From Oculina patagonica (Eukaryota), in the NCBI RefSeq assembly GCF_052425735.1, contig NC_135769.1, forward strand, positions 18,538,001 to 18,602,000: a stretch of 64,000 bases of DNA, written 5' to 3'. The position numbers were made by a program, and so were the translations under genes. This document shows, piece after piece, positions 48,601 to 56,976 of the stretch (positions within the stretch are counted from its first letter, which is position 1; each line of letters starts with the position of its first letter). The notes under the pieces were generated by a model. It saw only the letters and a program-made list of their open reading frames with translations. It ran no database searches and was not told the origin of the DNA.

Positions 48601-51600
48601 GCCTCTTCTATGCAGACTTAACCTTTTTACCCACCCTTAACCTACCCTTGGATGGGATGCATGCTAGATCACTGCCACAGGTTCCTCCCAGCACTGTGGA
48701 TACCAGCAGGTTGCCCTAACAACTTGCTGGTACCCAGTTACTCCTGGGTGGAGATCAAGAGGCACTGTGAGAGTATCTTGTCCAAGAACACAATACATGG
48801 AGTGCCTAAGACAGCACTTGGACCTGGACTGCTAGAGTTAGAGACTAATGTGCTGATCATCTGGCCACCACATTGCCCAGAGTGGGGTTGACAAAATAAT
48901 TCAATTTTGTAAAGACAGCTGACTGCAGGCTAACCTGATTGGAGTTTGGCCCAAATGCACAATCAAAAATGTACTGCTTTTCCCTGGATCTGTTGGCTCT
49001 GAGAATGTCGTCTTGATCTTCATTGGGATCCTTTAACACAACCAGCTACAAAAAACATGTAGACATGCAACAAACATCAATATTAATATTGGTCTTTCAC
49101 TTCTAGCAGCTAGTACGGTATTTAACTACGTTTGAATTACAGACCTGTAGCCAATTTATAAACTTATAGCCCAGCAAACAATGTATTATTATATTGCAGA
49201 CTCATTTGTCAAATACTTACATGTAGTCAAAGTCTAAGAAAAACACTCATTGTCTGGAAATAACAGAAGCTGCAACATGCTATTTTTGTTGCACAAAAAT
49301 ATACCGTATTAAGTTTTGTGCACACCTCATTGCGTTGTAGCCAGACGTTGGTGATTTTTGGCATATCTGATCACGAGCAACAAAAATCTTGCATGTACCT
49401 GGCTATATGAAAACATATGTTGTGATTAAATTCATCTCAGTCTGGTTTTAAATTTTTTCAAACCAATTTGATTTTTATAATTATTTTTAGAATATACCAA
49501 ATTTGAGACAAGGAAAAAGAAATATCAAGCTGTTGAAAAATTTTAAATCAAGCTTAAAGGTAAATTTAAACCACAACACAATTCAGTTTCAGTTGCCATG
49601 GCAACAAAAATGATTGCAGTGTGGAGAACTGTTCATGTTTTCTAATTTGATTGGTAAAAATAGGTTCAGCAAGAGCATCAAGGTAAAACTATCTTTTATG
49701 TAAGGAATATATCAAGGCACCAGCATGCCTAATAAGTCTGATAACTTTTGGCTTAAGAAGATGATTGTGTACAAAGCACCGACAAGTATAGTATCAATAA
49801 TAGAAATGACCAATGTGCAATTAAGAATGCAAATTAAGGAGCGCCAGCTGGCCCTAATATAAAAGATAGAAGAAAAACAAAGAACAAGGAAATAAACAAT
49901 TGAGCCAAGGTGAAGAAAAAATGCTAAGTCATTATCTCAGTGAGATTTGAATCCATCACAGTATCTCCAAAAACAGAATGGTTTTAACTTAGTAACTCTA
50001 CAATGTAGCCATTAATGTACCAGGCTGAACAGAGGCAAGCGATGGGACTAGACCAGCCGTGATAATATGTCTGCACTGAAAAATCATATTTGCATTAGTC
50101 TTTATAATAACATGCACTGAAAACAATAACAATTTTGCTGATTCCAATATATAAAGATCTATGTGGCAAACAGCCAAGGTGAAATTATCTGTCCTATTAG
50201 TGATTGTTACCACAATGCCAAAAAAACAATAGGCCGCATCGTAAAGACAGAAATGATAAATAGCACTTAAAAATGCAAATGAATGGAAGTCATTTGGCTC
50301 TTAAGAATTAACTCAAGTATAAGGAAGTGAAACTTGAGACAAGGAAAAGAAAAAACCCTGATATCAGATGAATTTGAAACCATCACTCTTTGCAGATATT
50401 CACATGGAAATGAAACCAGAGACAACGTAAAGGGCAAGCGATGAGTAGCACAGGGTGACAAAGATTTTGTGACTATACATGCTCAATTTATTAAACAAGT
50501 CCTGGTATTATTCATCACCACCATCATCCCAGGCTGCTTTCTACGTAGGTTCAACCCTCCAAGTTTATTTTTTACCTTAGTGGCCATTTGGCCACGGGCT
50601 GCTCAGGTTTGGTCGCCAGTGAAAAATTTAGTAGCTAAATTAAGCTCACGCTTTCAATCCTTCTTCTCAATTTTAGTCGCCAGGCTGGCGACTTTGGTTC
50701 CAATTTAGTCGCCAGCTCCAAAATTTTAGTCGCCATGGCGACTAAAATGGTCTTAACTTGGAGGGTTGAGGTTAGGCCGAAGATCTTTGGTGTGGATTTC
50801 AAAATTGGGCAGCATACTAGCGTATGATTGTAGTCGGCACCTTTAAACTGGCATACAGTTTACTTATTTTAGGTAAGAATAATAGAGGACCTTGGCATAG
50901 ACCCATAAAAAAATCTGGTGTATCATCGGCATGGCATGTACACGGAATGCACCCTGGCCTTATCCTTATCGTCATCATCATCATTATATAATATTAGTCA
51001 GTCACAACCACAGTTATGAAGCAAATGAAGCAGTTACAAAGAAAAATAAAAAAACAAACAAAACAAATGATGTTCATGCTTATACATTATATTACAATGT
51101 AAATGCGATTATGATTGTTTGGTAAACAATAAATAATATTTATTACATTGGAGAAGACTAGCTTGCAAACATGTATAGCTGAAGGGAAAGTATTTAATTC
51201 CATAACGCAAAAAAGTATAAATATTTTTTTAACTCAACTTGCTTTAAATTAATAGATTATATTTTTATGCAGGCAAGCACATGTAGCAGTGTCATGATCA
51301 GCTGGAGTACAATAAAGTGAATACCACAAAAACATCTGGTATGTAGCCGTGGAAAAATTGTGCTTCACACTATTGTTTCACGGCTAATACTGGTAGAACT
51401 TTTCAATTGAACTGTGACCTTCAAAATTTATACAGAATTCACTAAGATTATAAATCATAGCGAGTAAGCTTACGTTCTCATCCAACACATGGACAATTTC
51501 TGTGCATCTGTCGTCTTCGACTTCGCTTCCATTCAAGGGCCTCACTCGAACAGCAACCTTCGGAAACGAAATGATACAGAGGATAAATCACCGATCGCTT

Positions 51601-51803
51601 TATCGAATATTTACACAAGTTTCGATGATACGATACAAATGATTTTTCGCTTTCATATCGCAGCAAACAACAAACAGCTAAATTATGAGAAATGTCACAC
51701 CATTTGTACACTCAAAGGACGATAGTTCGATTTCAGTCGCGTGCTATGGTTTACCTACCATCAAGGTTTGAGTGCTTTCCTTCCCCTTCTCCTTGTCTGA
51801 CAT
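10381..51803 (-). CDS. KIF19: Kinesin-8 family motor, KIF19-like (21 coding exons, ~1127 aa)
   Basis: Manually spliced exons, all phase-compatible with AG acceptors: 51803-51759, 51557-51474, 49045-48935, 47682-47595, 46906-46770, 46425-46303, 45509-45417, 44827-44720, 44570-44492, 44162-44104, 43536-43414, 18675-18543, 17827-17737, 17237-17160, 16558-15915, 15431-15292, 15180-15123, 14948-14807, 14062-13530, 12915-12664, 10643-10381 (3384 nt). Motifs: VAVRVRP, P-loop GATGAGKT, switch I NKTSSRSH, switch [19 protein letters not shown]. The neck [19 protein letters not shown] and [11 protein letters not shown] match KIF19 as recalled. Confidence 0.95.
10730..12180. repeat. Two local tandem duplications in the last KIF19 intron (~10730-11150 and ~11640-12180)
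   Basis: Repeated blocks ctgcttcaaatatcttatc..aacaccaaacatcgaaaacaaa and ttgtttggtttggtttgaccgagacaaaa..cagtgaaaacgcgata. Confidence 0.8.
12468..12622. repeat. Polypurine (GA-rich) low-complexity tract
   Basis: gaaaggatggaaaaaaaggaaggatggaagg...gggagggagggggaaagagggagagagggagg plus a long G run. Confidence 0.8.
14276..14645. mobile_element. MITE, PIF/Harbinger-like
   Basis: Imperfect TIRs gacctggctaaactaggaaacattgttg / caacaatgttttcaagttaagccaggccc, flanked by taa/tta; internal gtggctaaact repeats. Confidence 0.6.
18063..18331. mobile_element. ~285-bp MITE family (tagagcggttttca...tgaaaactgctcta)
   Basis: Same family at 35846-36130 and 45700-45984; degenerate copies near 44220-44460, 46000-46195, 47820-48090 and 59990-60250. 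Confidence 0.8.
20081..20122 (-). ncRNA. Minimal, atypical type I hammerhead ribozyme motif in the Penelope 3' end
   Basis: Minus strand gaat-TTGATAA-t-GATGAA-ccgcga-TTCATC-GAAA-CG-TC-attt: core with a U3-A8 pair in place of C3-G8, 6-bp stem II, palindromic ACGT stem III, short stem I. Confidence 0.6.
20228..21730 (-). CDS. Penelope-like reverse transcriptase / GIY-YIG ORF (N-terminally truncated)
   Basis: Uninterrupted reading frame with RT and GIY-YIG motifs. Confidence 0.85.
   Translation of the reverse strand, partial: QEKHLNSIVRKILPKHIADTVCQKGSRLAHLYGLPKTHKERLAMRPILSASGTYNYALAKWLDEKLKPLSVNKHTISDVFQFAEEIRELDFNEGDILVSYDVSALFTNVPLEETIQILANKAFTRNWFNETHNLNITQDDLVELLRVATKHQLFQFNGSLYEQIDGVAMGSPLGPLMANTFMCAIEEKLESEDKLPSFYKRYVDDTLAAVKDIPTATAFLSTLNEAHPAISFTMEVANNNKLPFIGMELIKIGKQLKTSVYRKATNKGLLLHYQSHVDARYKRSLLRTMLNRAHRLSSSPDLFAEECETLRGIFFKLKYPEKLVNSTITRFTESRSQQQVRDVQANAPVRIILPFKDQRSADVVRRQLSDLGKKINSDLRPVFTSKKIADDINVAEAKPPLINQQCVVYKFKCDSCDADYVGYTRRHLFQRIDEHKHSAIGNHLRDAHTQSNKDLNKQFTILKKCRGKFECLIFEMLFIQELKPKLNTQSDSIKAKLFSS
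21953..22400. mobile_element. Two tandem copies of a cagtcaactctc...gcggacac MITE (sequence looks low quality)
   Basis: The same 5' ~65 nt occurs at 21953 and 22225, with a related intact copy at 58609-58783. Second halves collapse into homopolymer runs. Confidence 0.6.
22789..22931. mobile_element. 143-bp MITE with TA target duplication
   Basis: TIRs cagtagaatccc / gggattctacgg, TA on both sides. The paralogous empty site (single TA, cagagTAtaaac) is at 26550 upstream of copy B. Confidence 0.85.
22998..24611 (+). CDS. Uncharacterised intronless multi-pass (~11 TM) membrane protein, array copy A (537 aa)
   Basis: Open 1614-nt ORF from ATG 22998 with about 11 hydrophobic segments. Paralogous to the four other copies. 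Antisense within KIF19 intron 11. Confidence 0.88.
   Translation: MSSSTLIEVFGHIVFSFTRGVTEHYNPEEPEFTAESFGYDPLQSTGREWYYHPVDELIYQEYSDREATSLDYLVSSRLDIRVIDACSAEENEETQDDQQDEDRAMAWKRVRPSALRTVCKSMYIGALISLLTATIIGSVYMLFSYLSFKTIHNCEFHQKKSIPVQVQWMRSISDVVSCAFLYMWYFDCIIFLFRPYQLMGIRRKLLLVCCAMYCLDAIYRVALQALGISYSKFTPSQKIPLNVLFATSVCFQAYLLTNHCRLPTRRRRATLFLQLTVPIYVGLFLAIPLAFFIYPAYNKQNKEGKLIIALFAPLIGVVLKLISRICVQRLWNITHPGYSYVLLAPLYFASAVMFRILQADLGSLQSIALLGIIHGAAEVIERSTMVVIDHICHVIWKRTLAPWGSFRTPRRERLMADIAIMSMLSESTAIVSVNGFLYLYQFIYIQNDSFLKLLQSFAIHTSVQLVIECFFTSVSLAIETRYQNMAVMAVWRRRWKRQILVALVNAVPLALWTSTTLIEVVHGRFNEANQPCKMPFT
26620..28236 (+). CDS. Uncharacterised multi-pass membrane protein, array copy B (538 aa)
   Basis: Intact ORF, collinear with copy A, same [20 protein letters not shown] start and PCKMPFT end. 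Confidence 0.88.
   Translation: MSSSTLIEVFGHIVFSFTRGVTEHYNPEEPEFTAESFGYDPLQSTGREWYYHPVDELIYQEYSDREATSLDYLASSSLDIKVIDACSPEEKEETQEEQQNEDRAMAWKRLRPSALRTVCKSMYIGALISLLTATIIGSVYMTITYLSYKTKLNCQFQPKKSIPLQVQWMRSICGIISCAFIYMWYFAGTLFLFRPYQLMGLKRKLILVCCLGYCLDSLYRVLLQVLGISHSKSSLFQKSPQNFIFFISVCWQIFLLKNHFRMRRTKRQQLTFMLQMILPGYLCFLLGMTLVFFVYPAYNKQHKEGKLLIALFAPLIGVIVKAISRISVQRLWNITHPGYSYALLVPLYFGTAVMFRVLQADLSSVESIAILGIIHGAAEVIERSTMVVIDHICHAIWKRKTAPWGSFRTPRRERLRADIAIMSMLSESTAIVAVNGFLHFYRLIYLQNAPFLELLQSFAIRTSVPLVIEWFFISVSLAIETRYQNMAVMAVWRRRWKRHILVALLNAVPLALWTSTNLIEVVHGRFNEANQPCKMPFT
29636..29712 (+). pseudogene. Degenerate 5' fragment of array gene
   Basis: cagtaccctgatagggtgtttggtgatatcgtgttcagttttacacgaggcatcacagagtacaacaac matches roughly the first 25 codons with substitutions. 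Confidence 0.7.
30826..30900 (+). pseudogene. Internal (TM7) fragment of array gene inserted upstream of copy C
   Basis: attacccatccgggatagtcgtatgccttgttagtgccgctgtattttggcacagcggtggga encodes [20 protein letters not shown]. Confidence 0.8.
31109..32732 (+). pseudogene. Array copy C, full length but frameshifted (pseudogene or assembly errors)
   Basis: Homology runs from ATG 31109 to TGA 32730-32732 but is split over three track ORFs by +1 insertions near 31688, 31845-31872 and 32655, plus three net in-frame insertions near 31955-31980. Confidence 0.75.
34320..34432 (+). pseudogene. 5' fragment of array gene (copy D, ~37 codons)
   Basis: agtagcagtacactgatagaggtgtttggtcatatcgtgttcagttttacacga...cactacaacccagaagaacctgaa..cagcagagtcttttg matches the array N-terminus, then breaks into unrelated repeat. 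Confidence 0.85.
35846..36130. mobile_element. ~285-bp MITE family copy
   Basis: TIRs tagagcggttttca / tgaaaactgctcta; nearly identical to 45700-45984. Confidence 0.85.
36519..36534 (-). promoter_or_regulatory. ISRE/IRF-E-like element upstream of copy E
   Basis: TTTCACTTTCAGTTTC (reverse complement GAAACTGAAAGTGAAA, three GAAA units spaced by 2 nt), about 73 nt before the ATG. Confidence 0.5.
36607..38223 (+). CDS. Uncharacterised multi-pass membrane protein, array copy E (538 aa)
   Basis: Intact ORF. ATG at 36607 aligns with the other copies; the track's upstream extension starts at a non-ATG codon. Confidence 0.88.
   Translation: MSSSKLIEVFGHIVFSFTRGVTEHYNPEEPEFTAETIGYELLQSTGREWYYLPVDELIYQEYSDREATSLDYLASSSLDVSVIDACSPEENEETQDDQQDEDRPMAWKRLRPSALRTICKSMYIGALISLLTATIIGSVYMLITYLSYKTKLTCQFQPEKSIPLQLQWLKTICDIISCAFIYAWCFATMLFLFRPYQLMGVKRKLILVSCLGYCLDTVYRVLLQVLGISHSKISALQKIPLNVIFLISVCCQVYFITNHFRMRRTRRQQGTFFLQMILPGCCHFLVGFTAASSIYPVYNKQDKEGKLLIAIFSPLIVVVLKAISRISVQRLWNITHPGYSYALLVPLYFGSAVMFRVLQADLDTLQSIAILGIIHGAAEVIERSTMVVIDHICHVICKRTSAPWGRFRTPRCERLMADIAIMSMLYESTAIVAVNGFLHFYQLIFVQDASCLELLQSFAVKTSVPLIIEWFFTSVSLAIETRYQNMAVMAVWRRRWKRHILVAIVNVVPLALWTCTNLIEVVHGRFNEANQSCKMPFT
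40070..40184. promoter_or_regulatory. kappaB-like plus ISRE-like motifs upstream of copy F
   Basis: GGGACTTTTCCC at 40070-40081 and AGTTTCACTTTCAGTTCC at 40167-40184; ATG at 40270. Confidence 0.5.
40270..41886 (+). CDS. Uncharacterised multi-pass membrane protein, array copy F (538 aa)
   Basis: Intact ORF collinear with the other copies. Confidence 0.88.
   Translation: MSGSTLIEVFWHIVLGFTRGVTEHYNPEEPEFTAESFGYDPLQSTGREWYYHLVDELIYQEYSDREARSLDYLASSRLNVKVINACSPEENEETHEDQQDEDRALAWKRFRPSALRTVCKSMYIGALISLLTATIIGSVYMLISYLSYRTILICQFTPKKSIPLQVQWMRTICNIISCAFIYAWYFATILVLFRPYQLMGVKRKLILVSCLGYCLDTVYRVVLQVLGRPYFKTYALQKIPLNVLFFISVCFQVYFITNHFRMRRTRKEQVTFFLQMIVPGCSHLFFAFTAAYFIYPAFNKQDKEGKLLIAIFSPVIGVVLKAISRISVQRLWNITHPGYSYALLVPLYFGTAVGYRVLQADLDSLQSIAILGIIHGAAEVIERSTMVVIDHICHAIWKRTSPPWGSFRTPRRERLMADIAIMSMLYESTAIVAVNGYLLFYQIIFVQNASLLELLQSFALRTSVPLIIEWFFISASLAIETRYQNMAVMAVWRRRWKRHILVAIINAVPLATWTSTNLIEVVHGGFNDAKQPCKMPFT
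42652..42814. mobile_element. MITE with TAG..CTA ends and 9-bp TSD (AcademH-like)
   Basis: TIRs tagcctgcagaacaggcggtt / aaccgcctgttctgcaggcta; TSD cgactcccg at 42643-42651 and 42815-42823. Confidence 0.8.
43414..51803 (-). CDS. KIF19: KIF19 exons 1-11: kinesin motor domain
   Basis: [15 protein letters not shown]|VAVRVRPL...[10 protein letters not shown]...[22 protein letters not shown]...YLE|[10 protein letters not shown]...[16 protein letters not shown]...[17 protein letters not shown]...[16 protein letters not shown]. Confidence 0.95.
45700..45984. mobile_element. ~285-bp MITE family copy
   Basis: Same TIRs and body as 35846-36130. Confidence 0.85.
48127..48630 (+). repeat. tRNA-derived SINE remnant interrupted by a hAT-like MITE; a second inverted SINE remnant lies at ~48640-48885
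   Basis: gcgcagtggcct...gttcttagcgaagacactttactctca...cacccaggtgtata...ggtatcggcaaatttaatg...tcatgctacggaaactgggataagct...cagacttaacctt. Confidence 0.6.
48371..48604. mobile_element. hAT-like MITE, 8-bp TSD
   Basis: TIRs aggccctgccaggg / ccctggcagagcct; TSD cttctatg at 48363-48370 and 48605-48612. Confidence 0.85.
49592..49605. promoter_or_regulatory. Perfect RFX X-box palindrome in KIF19 intron 2
   Basis: GTTGCCATGGCAAC, the canonical X-box. Vertebrate KIF19 is a ciliary kinesin and RFX factors regulate ciliary genes. Confidence 0.45.
50552..50768. mobile_element. MITE with 14-bp TIR and apparent 5-bp TSD
   Basis: caaccctccaagtt / aacttggagggttg with aggtt on both sides; internal ttagtcgcca repeats. 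Confidence 0.75.
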
Positions 51804-52950
51804 GATGACTTCTCAATTTACTTAGCAGATACTTGTTGTGATGAATACCGAGAATCGAAACGACTGCAAACCAAATGCAGCCGCGCTTTGAACTCTATCT
51901 CCATTGTCAACATTTCGAAATTCGAACGTTTGCGCGCAAAATAAACGAGCATCTTCGCACTTCGCGAACGTGCTACATTTTGAGCGAGGAAGGAGCGAAC
52001 AAAACACAAGTACAACACAAGATTATAGTGCTCTATTTTGCCTTGTAATTGCTTCCCTCCTCGTCTTTGTTGTATAAAATCCACTTCACAAGTTCGCTAC
52101 TTGGATCAACCAACCAATCACAAAGCAGAGCTAATAATATTTTGACACCTGTGTGACATCACATATTGACACGTAGTCAAGGTGACAAAGGCAATATATT
52201 CACCACCTTCAGCACTACAGCTCTAGAAGTTTACCAAGGTCACCATGGACTTTTTGATTTGAAGGATTACAAAAAAAAGTTTGTGTTTCGAAATAAGTCA
52301 GTTTCTGTCGTGTAAATTTTTACTGTCTCTTTATTTGTAGGAACAACTGCAAAAAAATGACAAAAACAAGAACAAACCTGCAGTCTAATTACCCCCAGAA
52401 TGGGGGCCAGAATAACCCCAGTGATTTGTACATTAAAATTAATCAAACTGCTTTGTTATCTGGTCTTAGCCTGCAAAAAGAAAGAAAAAGAAGAAACAAG
52501 AAAAAATGTACTTAGTTCCCGACTCATCCGCGCTCTCTACAGTCCCTCACGGTTTTTCGCGCCTCAGTTTGGTGGAGTTTTCCGTCTTTTCCCTTTCGAA
52601 ACAAAAGGATCGGCCACCCTAAATTTTTGCAATGTAGCAGTCTTGCCGTTTTTATAATATTCAAGTTTTCTAAAAAAAACTTTAAGCCCCCTGATTTCAC
52701 TTCGTATGAACGGGAGCATATGAATCGAACATGTACAGTGAAACCAAGCCAAGTGACTGGGAAAATATTTTCGCTAAATCAGCGTTATTTTAAAATTTCC
52801 ATATATTTTTCGATTACTGGGGCAAAGAATACTTAACAATTGGACTACGAGCCCGAGTTTTCTATGAGCAATTATAGTTCACCACTAAATTTTCTCCGAT
52901 TCTGATTGGTTTAAATTGAACACGTGACGCGATAGTGCCCGTCCGCCGGA

Positions 52951-53622
52951 TAGGCATGAATAGATTGTGCTTGTAAATTCAGGAAATGTTGCTCCACAAT
53001 ATACCCAAAAGTTGCTCTAAAGTTGCTCAAATATCAAAAAGCTGCCACAAAAATTTAGAAAATTTGCTTGCTCTCTAGAGTCGTTTTGTTTTAGATAAAT
53101 ACTCAAAACGTGTTTGTTCGTTTGCCATTTAAACATTTTCATTAAATATTCTTACAATAGCCCAATTTCGATATATTAAAATTCAGCCTAAAACAATAGA
53201 CCTCAGGACGAGGCTCCGGGACCAAACTATAGAGTTTGTGGGGTTTATTCCCCGGAGCCTCGTAGTGATGTCTATTGTTTTAGGCTGAATTTTAAAATAT
53301 CGAAATTGGGCTATTATTAAAAGGATCCAAAAATCTATTGTTATGCTGTGTGCTGCTCACTAGTATTTTTAAAATAAAAAACAAAAAATAAATTAATTAA
53401 TTAATTAAAAAATTAAAAAAAAAAGAGTTTTGATAAAACCAGTTTTAATAAAATCCTTCGAAATGAAAGGACCTTTTATGATTTGGATCGGTTTTATATC
53501 AATTTTTTGCTCAAAAGTTGCCAAGGAAGGCAAAAATTGCCCTAGGTTGCTGGTACTTCAAAAAGTTGCTCAAAACGCTAAAAGTTGCTCAAAAGTTGCC
53601 GAGCACAATCTATTTATGCCTA
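52951..53622. mobile_element. hAT-like non-autonomous element, 8-bp TSD, with nested foldback MITE (53156-53315)
   Basis: TIRs taggcatgaatagattgtgct / agcacaatctatttatgccta; TSD ccgccgga at 52943-52950 and 53623-53630; empty site at ~55667; subterminal aagttgctc repeats. Confidence 0.88.
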
Positions 53623-53689
53623 CCGCCGGAGGGCACTATCAGCCCATAGTGCCCTCCCGAGAAAAATGCCCGGATCGATAGTGCCCGCC

Positions 53690-55195
53690 TATGGAGGTAT
53701 ATCTATGACAAAATTCAATACTCAGTAGTTGAAAAAAAATCATCGAAATCAGGAATGCATCAATCCAAAGTTGAATGGCAACAATCCGATTCAGCAAATA
53801 GCCATAATGCAAAAAGGCAAAACGCAAGGAGGCATAACGCACAGGCATCACGCAAACAGGCATCACGCATGTAGGCATCACGCAAACAGGCATCACGCAA
53901 GTAGGCAAAACGCAAACAGGCATCACGCAAACAGGCATCACGCAAGTAGGCATCACGCAAACAGGCATCACGCAAGTAGGCAAAACGCAAACAGGCATCA
54001 CGCAAAGCAAAAATTTTGGGGGGGCATCGTTTTCTTGGGGAGCTTGGGAACGAGGCTTGATTTGGTAGCCGAGCCTTTTTTCACGATAGCGAAATTTTCG
54101 CAAAATATCCACTCAAACGTTTTGATAGTATCAGATATTTGTTTAGAATTGTCAAGCGATTCCAAAAATGATTTTAATTTTCTAGTTGACATATTATCCG
54201 AACTTCTGCATACCATAAAACCGCTATGTTCGCGGCACATATTATATTATTTTTCGATGAGCTATGAACACAAAACGGATCGAAATCCGCCAATCACAGC
54301 CCACTAGCATGACCTTGTGAACTTGAGGGCTCATTTGCATGAAGCCAACTCCGAGAAACTCCGGTTTTCAACTTGCTAGAACTCCCGCAAGAACGAAACG
54401 ATTTTGTTATGCACAAGCCCGTAAAATTCGTTTGCTTGGGAACCGAAATAATTTTAAGAATCGCTTGGCAAGTTTACCGACGACAGCAAAAAGAATCGCT
54501 GTAAAACCGTGTTGATTTCATGCAAATGAGCCCTCAAGTTCACAAGGTCATGCTAGTGGGCTGTAATTGGCGGATTTCGATTCGTTTTGTGTTCATAGCT
54601 CATCGAAAAATAAGCGGGCTGAGCCAAAAATTTTCCAAGTGCCGCGAACATAGCGGTTTTATGGTTTATAATTCGTCAACTAGAAAATTAAAATCATTTT
54701 TGGAATCGCTTGACAATTCTAAACAAATATCTGATACTATCAAAACGTTTGAGTGGATATTTTGCGAAAATTTCGCTATCGTGAAAAAAGGCTCGGCTAC
54801 CAAATCAAGCCTCGTTCCCAAACTCCCCAAGAAAACGATGCCCCCCCCCCAAAATTTTTGCTTTGCGTGATGCCTGTTTGCGTTTTGCCTACTTGCGTGA
54901 TGCCTGTTTGCGTGATGCCTGTTTGCGTTATGCCTCCTTGCGTTTTGCCTACTTGCGTTATGCCTCTTTGCGTCTTGCCTACTTGCGTCATGCCTGTTTG
55001 CGTTATGCCTATTAGCGTGATGCCTGTTTGTATGATGCCTTTTAGGGTTTTGCCTTCTGGCGTTTTGCCTTTTTGCATTATGGCTATTTGCTGAATCGGA
55101 TTGTTGCCATTCAACTTTGGATTGATGCATTCCTGATTTCGATGATTTTATTTCAACTACTGAGTATTGAATTTTGTCATAGATATACCTCCATA
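53690..55195. mobile_element. 1.5-kb foldback element, TATGG..CCATA ends, 6-bp TSD (IS3EU-like, non-autonomous)
   Basis: Inverted arms 53690-54343 and 54517-55195, each carrying a 15-bp minisatellite (aggcatcacgcaaac). TSD cccgcc at 53684-53689 and 55196-55201; empty site at ~55728. Confidence 0.8.
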
Positions 55196-56372
55196 CCCGC
55201 CCGCGACTTTTTTTTATTAAACAAGCGTGCCTGCAGACAAAAAAACCCAATCAAATGCACTGCATTTAGTGGGTTTCTTGTCTGATTTCGTTTCGTTTGT
55301 TAAATTTCGGCTTTCAATTGAGTTTTTATCCTGAAAAGTAAAAAAATTCACGATGCTGTCGTTTTTGTATGTGCGCGCGGAAGAAAATTTAGTGGTGAAC
55401 AATAAAGACAATAGAGTGTTTCTGTCTCGGAACTATCGGTCTGATAGTTGCCCCTTGGAAATTTGATGTTCTTAAAACTAGCATATTATCCCTCGAAGCT
55501 TCGCTTCTCGGGCTAATATTTGTTTTAAGAACATCAAATTTCCGCGGGGCAACTATCAGCCGATAGTTCCTCAACAGAAACACTCTATTGTTAAATTATA
55601 GTTCACTACTAAATTTTCTCCGATTCTGATTGGTTTGAATTGAACACGTGACGCGATAGTGCCTGTCCGCCGGAGGGCACTATCAGCCCATAGTGCCCTC
55701 CCGTGAAAAATGCCCGGATCGATAGTGCCCGCCCGTGACTGTTTTTTGTAAACAAGCTGCCTGCAGACAAAAAAACCCAACCAAATTCACTGCATTTAGT
55801 GGGTTTCTCTTCTGGTTTCGTTTCGTTTGTTAAATTTCGGCTTTCAATTGAGTTTTTTATCCTGAAAAGTAAAAATAATTCACGATGCTGGGCGCACGAT
55901 GCTCGATGCTTCGCTTCTCGGGCTAATATTTGTTTTAAGAACATCAAATTTCCGCGGGGCACCTATCTCGATAGTTCCTCGACAGAAACACTCTATTGTT
56001 AAAATAGAAAACAGTGGGAGAACCAATCAGATTCGCGGATTTCCAATAGAACACAGCTGAGTTTCTACTAATGTTTGTTATACCGAGGACTTCGTTATAT
56101 AAATCGAGGTTCCGCTTAGTCCAGTCCCTGAATTCTAACTCTTTCTTCTCGTGCCAGGGTTCAACCCCTAAAAAGCGCGCGCGGAAGAGCGGAAAGTTCA
56201 GGGCATTGGACTTGGTTTCACTGTATTCCTTGCTGTCAGTTGTTTCGCTTGCCACCCTGATAACATTTTATTTGTCTCGATCAGTGTGTTTACCGGACAA
56301 CTGAAAACTAAAGAAGTAAAACAGTAGGGCAGCTTCTTTTATCGAGATTTTTATGATAGCCTGACCCATTCC

Positions 56373-56976
56373 TAGGGCTTTCCACAAGTTGCTCGGCAAC
56401 TTTTTGGCATTTTCATGTTTCGAGCAACTTTTTCCCCTTCGAGCAACTTTTTTCCTCTCGAGCAACTTGTTGCATTTTGAGCAATTTTTATACCGAAGAT
56501 CTCCGAAGATTATCCGAGTGTTGTTCTAAGGCAATACGAACGTTTCCGAAGATTTACGAAGTTTGCCGAAGATTTTCGAGGAACATCTGAAGACGTTTCA
56601 ACTTTCGGCTCATTCTGCATTAAAACATTTCAAAACTCGTCATCAAACATGACGTCATCGATATGTTCACGACTTTTCTCAGTTAAAGAAACCTTTGTTA
56701 TATAACAAATTTTCCCCTTATATGTTATTTATATACTTCTTTTGCTGTAAAATTGCATAAAACTGCGTAGAAATCTTACCCTCAAAGAGAAAAAAAGCTA
56801 TATTTAGAGAAATTCTCTTGATTGGAAGCAGCGTTTTGGATTTTTTGGAGCAACTTTGGAGCAACTTTTATTATCAAAAGCAACTTTTTTGGATTTTTGG
56901 AGCAACTTTTGAGCAACTTTTTGAGAAATTACGGGCAACTTTTTGGGAAATCTCGAGCAACTTGTGAAAAGCCCTA
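56373..56976. mobile_element. hAT-like non-autonomous element, 8-bp TSD
   Basis: TIRs tagggctttccacaagttgctc / gagcaacttgtgaaaagcccta; TSD cccattcc at 56365-56372 and 56977-56984; many gagcaactt subterminal repeats. Confidence 0.88.

Larger units (their letters stand above)
52871..56002. repeat. Composite palindromic repeat cluster hosting the two insertions above
   Basis: ttatagttcaccactaaatttt (52872) pairs with aaaatttagtggtgaacaataa (~55384-55404). Hairpin at ~55408-55591. Second uninterrupted host copy at ~55596-55890, followed by a half hairpin to 56002. Confidence 0.7.

Noticed and set aside
53810-54008. CRISPR-like regular repeat
   Set aside because: Contiguous 15-bp tandem units with no unique spacers, in a eukaryotic context with no cas genes.
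53639-55250. Repetitive ORFs (HHANR, VMPVC, RDACL, GITQT repeats)
   Set aside because: All are translations of a stop-free 15-bp minisatellite in both arms of a foldback element; open in several frames and on both strands.
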